55,731 nt of DNA, taken from an uncultured Alphaproteobacteria bacterium (lineage in GTDB: Bacteria; Pseudomonadota; Alphaproteobacteria; CALKHQ01). Positions within the stretch are counted from its first letter, which is position 1, and each line of letters begins with the position of its first letter. Below the pieces are notes generated by a model. The model was not told where the DNA came from, searched no databases, and saw nothing but the letters and a program-made list of their open reading frames with translations. This document shows, piece after piece, positions 29,803-37,503 of the stretch. The stretch covers positions 1-55,731 of the forward strand of contig CALKHQ010000280.1 of the NCBI GenBank assembly GCA_937988735.1. Direction: 5' to 3'. Both the position numbers and the translations under genes were made by a program.

Positions 29803-30582
29803 CTACGGCTGCGGGCGTGCGGCCGCGATCGCGGCCTTCAGCTCCTCATAGGGAGTCTGCCCGACGAGGATGCGCTCGCCGACGACATAGGCGGGCGTCC
29901 CGTCCAGGCCCAGATCCTGACCGAGCGCGAGGTTGGCGTTGATCCGGCCGTCGTGGGCGGCGAGGTCGGCATCCTCGAGGTCCACGCCGACCAGGCCGGC
30001 GATGTCGCGGACCAGCCGCTCGCTGCGCGCGCCGACGCCGAACAGCGTCTCGTGGAACTCCCGGTACAGCCCCTGCTCGTGGGCGACCAGCGCCACCTGG
30101 GCCGCATACCAGCTGGATTCGGCCAGGATCGGCATCTCCTTGTAGACGATCTTCAGCTCCGGCTCCTCGGCCGCCAGCCGCTGCAGCACCGGCACCATCG
30201 CCTGGCAGTAGGGGCAGTTGTAGTCGGTGAAGGTGACCAGCATCACCGATCCGTCCGGATTGCCGATGTAGGGGTCGTCGGGCTGGCCGAACAGCGCGTC
30301 GGCATGGGCCTTCACCAGCTGCGCCGCCTCGAACCGGTCCAGCGCCTCCAGCACCAGCCGCGGATTCGCCTCCAGATAGGCCATCAGCGGGTCCGCCGGC
30401 GGCGGCAGCGCGGTGCCGCTGTCCTGCGCCGCCCGCATGGCGAGGATCCGGTCCACCGCCTGGCGGATCACGTCCGGCCGGTCGGCCAGCCATTCGACGA
30501 CCGCCTCGGGCTCGTAGCTCTCCGCGGCCACGGGCCCGGCGGCGGCGATGGCGAGCAGCAGGGCGGCAGCAGTCCGGCGCAT
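29803..30582 (-). CDS. Periplasmic DsbA-family thiol:disulfide oxidoreductase
   Basis: ATG 30582 gives signal peptide MRRTAAALLLAIAAAGPVAAE. Thioredoxin motif FTDYNCPYCQ and C-terminal GTPAYVVG. Confidence 0.8.
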   Translation of the reverse strand: MRRTAAALLLAIAAAGPVAAESYEPEAVVEWLADRPDVIRQAVDRILAMRAAQDSGTALPPPADPLMAYLEANPRLVLEALDRFEAAQLVKAHADALFGQPDDPYIGNPDGSVMLVTFTDYNCPYCQAMVPVLQRLAAEEPELKIVYKEMPILAESSWYAAQVALVAHEQGLYREFHETLFGVGARSERLVRDIAGLVGVDLEDADLAAHDGRINANLALGQDLGLDGTPAYVVGERILVGQTPYEELKAAIAAARPQP

Positions 30583-30666
30583 GGCCGGATGGAAGCAGAA
30601 CGGCCCTTTTCCTGCAATCCGGCCGCCCGTCACGTCACATCACCTCTGCATCAGGCAGGTGCTGCG

Positions 30667-31746
30667 TCAGGCCGGCGTGGTGGCGAAGCCGGCCGGCATC
30701 GCCACCTCCAGCAGCTCCAGGTCCGGCGAGCAGTCGGCGAGGCGGTAACCGAGCCCCGGGGGCAGCATCGCGCTGTCGTCGGGGCCGAGCGGCTCGCTGC
30801 GCCCGCCCTCCAGCTCCAGCCGCATCCGGCCGGCGAGGACGAACAGGAACAGGCTCGGCGCGTCGTGGCGGACAAAGCGCCGCTCGGGCACGCCCGCCGG
30901 GCGGGCCACCACGACGGAGCCGATCCCGCCGGTGGCGGCGGCGATCCCGGTGTCCCTCGCCTCGAAGCCGGGGATCCGCCAGGTCGCCCATGCGGCGTTG
31001 GCCGCGCGGTGACGCACGAAGCGCTGGCCGGAGAAGGTCCGCTCCGGGCGCAGGGTGTCGGTTGGCAGCGAAAGCGCGTGATCCACGGCGGTGACGTGCT
31101 CGGCCGGGCTGCCGACCTCCACCACCTCCAGGTCGTCGCCGCTTTCCAGCACCCGGTGCCGGATCTCCGGCGGCTGCAGCACGCAGTCGCCCGGCTCCAG
31201 CACGAAGGGCGGCCCCTGGTCCTCGTAGGCCACCCGCACCCAGCCGCGGCGGCAGAAGATGAGCTGGAACCGCACCTTGTGGAAGTGCACGTAGTCCGGC
31301 ACCGGTCCCCTGCCGGGGATGCGGATGTGGGAGGCGATGAGGTGCCCGCCCAGCCGGCCGGGCACCAGGTCGCGGTACTGCATGCCGGCACGGCCGGTGT
31401 GCCACGCGGCATTGCCGGCCGCGGTGGTGATCACCAGCGCGGGCTGCGGCGGCGGCACCACCAGCGGCGGTTCGGCCGGTCCGCGGCGGATGCGGGTTCC
31501 GTTCGGCGCGCAAAGGGTCTCGTCGCCGGTTCCCGGCAGCCGGAGCATGCTGTCGTCCCGGCGTCCGTCCCGCTCCAGCCGGATGCCGAGGCCGAAGCCC
31601 GACAGCCGCACCGCCCTCGGGTCGTCCGCGGGGAACACGGAGACGATGCGGAAGCCGAGCGTGTCGGTAAAGAAGGCGACCGTCTCCGCGATCTCGGTGC
31701 AGGAGAGCACCACCTCGCCGGCCACATCCGCTGTCTGGGTCATCAT
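30667..31746 (-). CDS. Bicupin protein with N-terminal VOC/glyoxalase-like segment
   Basis: 359 aa. The N-terminus VAFFTDTLGFRIVSVFP resembles a VOC half-domain. Two cupin barrels (HIRIPG...HFHKVRFQLIFCRRGWVRVAYED...EPGDCVLQPPEIRHRV, and FLFVLAGRMRLELEG...). Confidence 0.6.
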   Translation of the reverse strand: MMTQTADVAGEVVLSCTEIAETVAFFTDTLGFRIVSVFPADDPRAVRLSGFGLGIRLERDGRRDDSMLRLPGTGDETLCAPNGTRIRRGPAEPPLVVPPPQPALVITTAAGNAAWHTGRAGMQYRDLVPGRLGGHLIASHIRIPGRGPVPDYVHFHKVRFQLIFCRRGWVRVAYEDQGPPFVLEPGDCVLQPPEIRHRVLESGDDLEVVEVGSPAEHVTAVDHALSLPTDTLRPERTFSGQRFVRHRAANAAWATWRIPGFEARDTGIAAATGGIGSVVVARPAGVPERRFVRHDAPSLFLFVLAGRMRLELEGGRSEPLGPDDSAMLPPGLGYRLADCSPDLELLEVAMPAGFATTPA

Positions 31747-31822
31747 GTCCGGGACATTGTGACCTTTTCCGTTCCATCGCCAGCGTCACGATGGAGGCGG
31801 GTTGCCGCATGCCCCCGCGCGG

Positions 31823-32524
31823 TCAGACGCCCAGCCAGCGCGCCTGCGCCTCCCCGTCGGCGCGGGCCGCGTCCGGCGAGCCGGACCACACCACCGCGCC
31901 GCGCCCCAGCATGGCGACCTCGTCGGCGAGGCTCACGGCGAAGCCGAAGTTCTGCTCGACCAGCAGCATGGTGAGCCCCTCGGCCTTGAGTTCCGCCAGC
32001 TTGTCGTGGATCTGCTGGACGACGATCGGCGCCAGCCCCTCGGTCGGCTCGTCCAGCAGCAGCAGCAGCGGGTTCATCAGCAGCGCGCGGGCGATGGCGA
32101 GCATCTGCTGCTCTCCGCCGGAAAGCTGGCCGCCGCCGGTGCCGAGCCGGCCGGCCAGCGCCGGGAACAGCGCCAGCACCCGCTCCATGGTCCAGGCGGC
32201 GCCGGGCCGGGCAAAGCGGCGGGCGGCGAGCTCCAGGTTCTCGCGCACGGTGAGCGACGGGAAGATGTCGCGGGTCTCGGGCACGTAGCCGATGCCGAGC
32301 CGGGCGATCGCGTGCGGCGGAAGTCCGGCGAGCGGACGCCCGTCGAGGCGGATGCTGCCGCCGCGCGCGGGGACCAGGCCCATCACGGCGCGCAGGGTCG
32401 TCGTCTTGCCCGCGCCGTTCCGGCCGAGCAGCGCCAGCACCCGGCCGGCCGGCACGGTGAGGCTGAGCCCGTGCAGCACCTGCGTCTCGCCGTAGCCGGC
32501 GGCAAGCTCCGCGATCTCAAGCAT
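31823..32524 (-). CDS. LIV-type (HAAT) ABC transporter ATP-binding protein, LivF-like
   Basis: Walker A GRNGAGKTT, signature LSGGEQQMLAIARAL, Walker B LLLLDEPTEGLAP. Confidence 0.88.
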   Translation of the reverse strand: MLEIAELAAGYGETQVLHGLSLTVPAGRVLALLGRNGAGKTTTLRAVMGLVPARGGSIRLDGRPLAGLPPHAIARLGIGYVPETRDIFPSLTVRENLELAARRFARPGAAWTMERVLALFPALAGRLGTGGGQLSGGEQQMLAIARALLMNPLLLLLDEPTEGLAPIVVQQIHDKLAELKAEGLTMLLVEQNFGFAVSLADEVAMLGRGAVVWSGSPDAARADGEAQARWLGV

Positions 32525-33263
32525 CGCGGCGCCAGCGCCCCAGATAGATCTCGCGCACCAGCGGGCTCTCCCGTGCCGCGGCCGGGGGGCCCTCGAACAC
32601 CACCTCGCCGTGGTCGAGCACCGTCACCCGGTCGGCGATCTCGAAGGCGAGGTCCATGTCGTGCTCGACGACGACGAGGGTGAGGTCGGCCGGCAGGCCG
32701 CGCAGCACGGCGTGGAACGCCTCGATTGCGCCGGGGCCGATGCCCGAGGTCGGCTCGTCCATCAGCAGCACCCGCGGCCGGGTGGCGAGCGCAAGCCCGA
32801 GCTCCAGCCGTCGCCGGTCGCCGTAGGGAAGGGCGTCCGCCGGCCAGTCCAGCCGCTCCGTGAGCCCCAGCCGCGCGGCCACCTCGGCCACCGTCTCCAC
32901 CACCGCCGGGTGACGCAGGCTGTCGGAGAGGAGGGTCGCCGACCGGCCCTGGGCGGTGGCAGCGGCCAGCGCCAGGTTCTCGCGGACGCTGAGCCCGGCG
33001 AACAGCGTGTTGCGCTGGTAGCTGCGGGAGAGCCCGAGGCGGGCGCGGGCATCGACGCCGAGCGCCGTCACGTCGCGGCCGCAAAGGCGGATGCTGCCGG
33101 CATCGGGGCGCAGCTCGCCGGCGAGCAGGTTGAACAGCGTGGTCTTGCCTGCGCCGTTCGGGCCAAGCACCACCCGCCGCTCGCCGGCCGGAACCGAGAG
33201 CGTCACTCCGCTGGTGACGGTGAGGGCGCCGAACCGCTTGCAGAGATCGCGGGCATCAAGCAC
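32517..33263 (-). CDS. LIV-type ABC transporter ATP-binding protein, LivG-like
   Basis: GTG 33263 (VLDARDLCKRFG) overlaps the permease stop by 8 nt. Walker A GPNGAGKTT, Walker B VLLMDEPTSGIGP. Confidence 0.85.
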   Translation of the reverse strand: MLDARDLCKRFGALTVTSGVTLSVPAGERRVVLGPNGAGKTTLFNLLAGELRPDAGSIRLCGRDVTALGVDARARLGLSRSYQRNTLFAGLSVRENLALAAATAQGRSATLLSDSLRHPAVVETVAEVAARLGLTERLDWPADALPYGDRRRLELGLALATRPRVLLMDEPTSGIGPGAIEAFHAVLRGLPADLTLVVVEHDMDLAFEIADRVTVLDHGEVVFEGPPAAARESPLVREIYLGRWRRDA

Positions 33264-34233
33264 CGCCGCCCTCCGCCGGTGCGGCCGGCATCCGCCGCCG
33301 GGTCCACCAGTGCTCGATGCCGCCGTAGAGGCCGCGCCCGCCGGCAAGGACGGCCGCGATCAGCACCACGCCGACCACCAGGTGCCAGTGATCGGTGAAG
33401 CCGGAGACCTGGTGCTTGAGAAGGACCAGTGCCGCTGCCCCCAGCACCGCGCCGACCAGCGTGCCGAGGCCGCCGAGGATGACGAGGATCAGGAGTTCCC
33501 CCGACACGGTCCAGTGCAGGAGCCCGGGCGAGACGAAGCTGGTGTGCTGCGCAGCGAGCGCGCCGGCGAGGCCGGCGATGGCGCCGGAGAGGCCGAAGGC
33601 GGCGGCCTTGTAGCGCCAGACCGGCAGGCCCAGCGCCCGCATGCGGGCGGCGTTGGCGCGGATGCCGACCAGCGTCCGGCCGAAACCGGAGCGCAGCAGG
33701 GCCGCGGCGAAGGCGTAGGCCGCCACCGCAAGCGCGATGCAGAACAGCGCGAAGCTGCGGGAGTCGCCGAGGTCGAGGCCGATGGCGGACAGGTCCAGCC
33801 GCGGCACGCCGGGCAGGCCGTCGTTGGCGCCCAGCGCGCGGGCGTCGAAGACGGTGACGTACCCCATCTGGCCGAAGGCGAGGGTGGCCATAATGAAGAA
33901 GATGCCCTGGGTGCGGGCGGTGACCGCCCCCACCGCCCAGGCCGCGATCCCGCCCGCCAGCACCGCGGCGAGGATGCCGGCGCCGCCGCCCCAGCCGGCG
34001 AGCACGGTCGCGGCGGCGAAGGCATAGGCGCCCGCGCCGTAGAGCGCGCCGTGGCACAGCGACACCATCCCGCCGTAGCCGGCGACGAGGTCGAGCGCGA
34101 TCGCCAGCATCGCCAGGATCGCGATCTCGGTGATCAGCTCGCGGCCGTAGAAGCCGGTGGTCAGCGCACAGGCGACGCCCCCGGCCGCGAGCAGCGCCAT
34201 CGCCAGCGTCTTCAGCGGCGTCTGGTGGAACAT
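33256..34233 (-). CDS. LIV-type ABC transporter permease, LivM-like
   Basis: ATG 34233 (MFHQTPLKTL...), directly after the livH-like stop. Core ALDLVAGYGGMVSLCHGALYGAGAY. Confidence 0.85.
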   Translation of the reverse strand: MFHQTPLKTLAMALLAAGGVACALTTGFYGRELITEIAILAMLAIALDLVAGYGGMVSLCHGALYGAGAYAFAAATVLAGWGGGAGILAAVLAGGIAAWAVGAVTARTQGIFFIMATLAFGQMGYVTVFDARALGANDGLPGVPRLDLSAIGLDLGDSRSFALFCIALAVAAYAFAAALLRSGFGRTLVGIRANAARMRALGLPVWRYKAAAFGLSGAIAGLAGALAAQHTSFVSPGLLHWTVSGELLILVILGGLGTLVGAVLGAAALVLLKHQVSGFTDHWHLVVGVVLIAAVLAGGRGLYGGIEHWWTRRRMPAAPAEGGGA

Positions 34234-34235
34234 GC

Positions 34236-35102
34236 TCAGGCCCGGGCGGGGAACAGGCCGGCGGGACGGAGGATCAGCACCGCCGCAAGCATGGCGTAGA
34301 TCGCGATCGCCGCGAGCTGCGGCGCGATGACTGCGCCGAAGGTCTGGACAAAGCCGGTGAGCAGCGAGCCCGCGACCGCGCCCTTGAGGCTGCCGAGGCC
34401 GCCGACCACCACCACCACCAGCGTCGGGATCAGGATGCCGGTGCCCATGTCGGTGGTGACCGACAGCACCGGGGCGGCGACCGCACCGGCGAGCCCGGCC
34501 AGCGCGCAACCGACGCAGAACACGAGGAAGAACAGCCGGTCCACGTCGATGCCGAGGCACGCCGCCATCCGGTCGTTGTCCACGCCGGCGCGGATCATGG
34601 CGCCGATCGGCGTGCGCGCCAGCACCAGCGCCAGCACCGCCATCACCGCCAGCCCGAGCAGGATGATGAACAGGCGGTAGGTCGGATAGACGACGCCGAA
34701 GAGCCCGGTCTGCCCCGCCAGCACCTCCGGCTCCGGCAGACCGAGCGCGATGTCGCCCCAGATCATGCGGAACAGGTCGAGGAAGACGAAGATCAGCCCG
34801 AAGGTGACGAGCACCTGGTTCATCGGCCCGGCGCTGCGCAGCCGGCGGATCAGCAGCAGGTAGAGCAGCACCCCCACCGTGGCGACGGCGAGCGGCGCCG
34901 CGGCGAAGGCGGCCCAGGTGCTGCCGGTGAAGCCGGCCGCGGAAACGGCGACGAAGGCGCCGAGGGCGTAGAGTGCGCCGTGGGCGAGGTTGATGAAGTG
35001 CATCAGCCCGAACACGATGGTCAGGCCCACCGACAGCAGGAACAGCAGCATCGAAAGCTGCAGCGCGTTCAGCGCCTGCACGATCCAGAATGCAGCGTCC
35101 AT
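34236..35102 (-). CDS. LIV-type ABC transporter permease, LivH-like
   Basis: ATG 35102 (MDAAFWIVQALNALQLSMLLFLLSVGLTIVFGLMHFINLAHGALYALGAF). Confidence 0.85.
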   Translation of the reverse strand: MDAAFWIVQALNALQLSMLLFLLSVGLTIVFGLMHFINLAHGALYALGAFVAVSAAGFTGSTWAAFAAAPLAVATVGVLLYLLLIRRLRSAGPMNQVLVTFGLIFVFLDLFRMIWGDIALGLPEPEVLAGQTGLFGVVYPTYRLFIILLGLAVMAVLALVLARTPIGAMIRAGVDNDRMAACLGIDVDRLFFLVFCVGCALAGLAGAVAAPVLSVTTDMGTGILIPTLVVVVVGGLGSLKGAVAGSLLTGFVQTFGAVIAPQLAAIAIYAMLAAVLILRPAGLFPARA

Positions 35103-35151
35103 CCGGCCAACCCCCGGCTCCTGCCCCCTCCGCGGCAGGGGGCGGCGTCCG

Positions 35152-36330
35152 CTACTCCAGCTCGCAGCCGTTCGCCGGGTCGCGCTCGGCCTCAAGGACG
35201 TCCAGGATCTTCTGGGTCAGCCCCTCCTCGCCGGCGACCGTCTCGAACACGTAGATGTTCTGCACCACGTTGTTGGTGGCGGGGTCGATCTCGAGCGGGC
35301 CCCGCGGCCCGACGAAGCTCACCCGGCGCAGCGCCTCGGCCAGCTCCTCGCGGTCGGCGGCCCCGGCCTTGATCGCCTCGATCACCATCCGGGCGGCGTC
35401 ATAGCCCTGGACGGCATATTCCGAGGGCATCCGGCCATTGGCTGCGCGGAATGCCTCGACAAAGGCGCGGTTCTCCGGCGTGTCGATTGTCGGCACGTAG
35501 TGGAGGAGGCCGATCACCCCCTCCGCCGCCGGCCCCTGCGCATCGACGTAGAGCGGCGAGGTAAGGAAGCCCGAGGCGTAGAGTGGCACCTCCGTCTTCA
35601 GCCCGAAGCTGTCGTACTGCTTGACGAAGGAGATCGCCTCGCCGCCGGCGTAGAACACGTAGAGCGCGTCCGGCGCTGCGGCCTTCGCAGCGGTGAGGTA
35701 GGGGCCGAAGTCCTGCGTGGTCTGGAACGGCGTGTATTCCTGGCCGATGACGGTGCCGCCGGCCGCGGTGAAGGCGGCGGCGAAGGTTTCCATCATCTGG
35801 CGCCCGGCCGCGTAGTCGGGCGCAAGGGTGTAGACCGTGCGGATGCCCTGGTCGTACATCCACTGGCCCATCGGCCGGTTGACCTGGCTGTTGGAGAAGG
35901 AGACGCGGGTGATGAACGGGCTGCACCGCTCGCCCGTCGCCTCGTCGTTGCCGGCGTTGGCGACGATCAGCGGCGTCTCCGACTGGTGGACGAAATCGCG
36001 GACGGCGCCGAGCACGGCGGAGGAGACGATGCCGACCAGCACGTCGGCCTCGTCCTCCAGCACCAGCTTGCGCGCCTTGGCGAGGCCGACCTGCGGATTC
36101 ACCTCGTCATCCTCGCGGATCACCGTGACGCTGTGGTCGGGGATTTCGTGCCCGTGCAGCTCCAGCGCCAGCATGAAGCCCTGGTCGATTTCCTCGCCCA
36201 GCGCCGCATAGACGCCGGTGTAGGGCAGCAGCATGCCAACCGTGTAGTCCTCGGCGGCGGCGGGTGCAGCGGCCAGGCCGACCGCGGCCAGCGCCGCCCC
36301 GCCGAGCGCGGAAATCCTCAGCTTCGTCAT
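35152..36330 (-). CDS. LIV-type ABC transporter periplasmic substrate-binding protein
   Basis: 392 aa. Signal peptide ending AAPAAAED, then the type-I periplasmic binding protein pattern YTVGMLLPYTGVYAALGEE... GGGAGGA Shine-Dalgarno. Confidence 0.85.
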   Translation of the reverse strand: MTKLRISALGGAALAAVGLAAAPAAAEDYTVGMLLPYTGVYAALGEEIDQGFMLALELHGHEIPDHSVTVIREDDEVNPQVGLAKARKLVLEDEADVLVGIVSSAVLGAVRDFVHQSETPLIVANAGNDEATGERCSPFITRVSFSNSQVNRPMGQWMYDQGIRTVYTLAPDYAAGRQMMETFAAAFTAAGGTVIGQEYTPFQTTQDFGPYLTAAKAAAPDALYVFYAGGEAISFVKQYDSFGLKTEVPLYASGFLTSPLYVDAQGPAAEGVIGLLHYVPTIDTPENRAFVEAFRAANGRMPSEYAVQGYDAARMVIEAIKAGAADREELAEALRRVSFVGPRGPLEIDPATNNVVQNIYVFETVAGEEGLTQKILDVLEAERDPANGCELE

Positions 36331-36423
36331 CTCGTCCTCCCTGTCGCCCCCGGCGCGGCGACGTTGTCCTCCTGCGGCAGGTCATGGAGCATGGGGCGCG
36401 GAATGGGCAAGAGGGAATCGGCC

Positions 36424-37221
36424 ATGCTGCGGTGGCGGACCGGCGAGGCGCTGCGGTTCCCGGCCGGCGGCGCGGAGCTGGAGGCGCACTGCTGGGGCCC
36501 GCCACCGGCCGGGGCCCCGACGCTGGTGCTGCTGCACGAGGGGCTGGGATCGGTGGGGCTGTGGCGCGATTTCCCCGCCGCGCTGGCGGCGGCGACCGGC
36601 TGGGGCGTGTTCGCCTGGTCCCGCGCCGGCTACGGCCGCTCCGATCCCTGCGCGCTGCCGCGGCCGCTGGACTACCTGACCGACGAGGCGGTGCGGGTCC
36701 TGCCGGAAGTGCTGGACCGGATCGGGCTCCGCCGGGGCGTCGCGGTGGGCCACAGCGATGGCGCCACCATCGCCGCACTCCACGCGGGGCTGGTGGGCGA
36801 TCCGCGGGTGGCGGCCATCGTGCTGATGGCGCCGCATTTCTTCGTCGAGCCGGTTTGCCTCGCGGCGCTGGCCGAGGTCCGCCGTGCCTACGAATCGGGC
36901 GGGCTCCGGGAGCGGCTTGCCCGCCATCACGATCATGTCGACGTCGCCTTCCATGGCTGGAACGACGCCTGGCTCGACCCGCGCCGCGCGGACTGGGACG
37001 TCCGGGCCGTGCTCGAGGGCATCCGCGTGCCGGCGCTCGCGATCCAGGGCGAGGACGACCGGTACGGCACGCGCGCCCAGCTCGCGGCGCTGGAACAGCG
37101 GGTGCCGGCGCCGGTGACAGCGGCGATGTTCGGCGGCTGCGGCCACGCACCCTTCCGCGAGCAGCCCGAACGCACGCTCGGCCTGATCGCCGCCTTCCTC
37201 GCCGGCCTGCCCGGGGGATGA
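36424..37221 (+). CDS. Alpha/beta-fold hydrolase
   Basis: ATG 36424 (alternatives 36391 and 36403) within composite ORF 34990..37221. HEGLGS oxyanion region, nucleophile elbow VGHSDGA, catalytic His in GCGHAPF. Confidence 0.8.
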   Translation: MLRWRTGEALRFPAGGAELEAHCWGPPPAGAPTLVLLHEGLGSVGLWRDFPAALAAATGWGVFAWSRAGYGRSDPCALPRPLDYLTDEAVRVLPEVLDRIGLRRGVAVGHSDGATIAALHAGLVGDPRVAAIVLMAPHFFVEPVCLAALAEVRRAYESGGLRERLARHHDHVDVAFHGWNDAWLDPRRADWDVRAVLEGIRVPALAIQGEDDRYGTRAQLAALEQRVPAPVTAAMFGGCGHAPFREQPERTLGLIAAFLAGLPGG

Positions 37222-37358
37222 GGCCGCATCCATCGCCACCCCCTTCCGTCGTGATCCGGCCTGACCGGAACACCCGCGCGGCCCGGCATCGGACAAACGG
37301 GTACCGCTGGTGCGAACCCGACATCGCCGGAGCGCTGCTTCCGCCCGTGGATCGTCGG

Positions 37359-37433
37359 GTCAAGCCGGACGATGAGGGGGGTGAGGCGACGAGGCGGGGC
37401 GCAGCCACCCTCCACGTCGTGCTCCGGCTTGAC
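37359..37433 (+). repeat. Long imperfect hairpin / palindromic repeat element
   Basis: 11-bp perfect arms gtcaagccgga (37359-37369) and tccggcttgac (37423-37433), with further imperfect pairing inside. The right arm context resembles the element at 43055-43092. Confidence 0.5.
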
Positions 37434-37444
37434 CGTCTGACACG

Positions 37445-37463
37445 AATGCGAATAATTCGCATT
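37445..37463 (+). promoter_or_regulatory. Fur-box-like perfect 19-bp palindrome upstream of the piuB-like gene
   Basis: AATGCGAAT-A-ATTCGCATT, 41 nt before the GTG start. The overlapping 19-mer gcgaataattcgcattatc matches GATAATGATAATCATTATC at 13 of 19 positions by my count. Confidence 0.6.
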
Positions 37464-37503
37464 ATCGGCGACCACGCCGATCAAGATCGGCGGAGGTCTG
37501 CAG

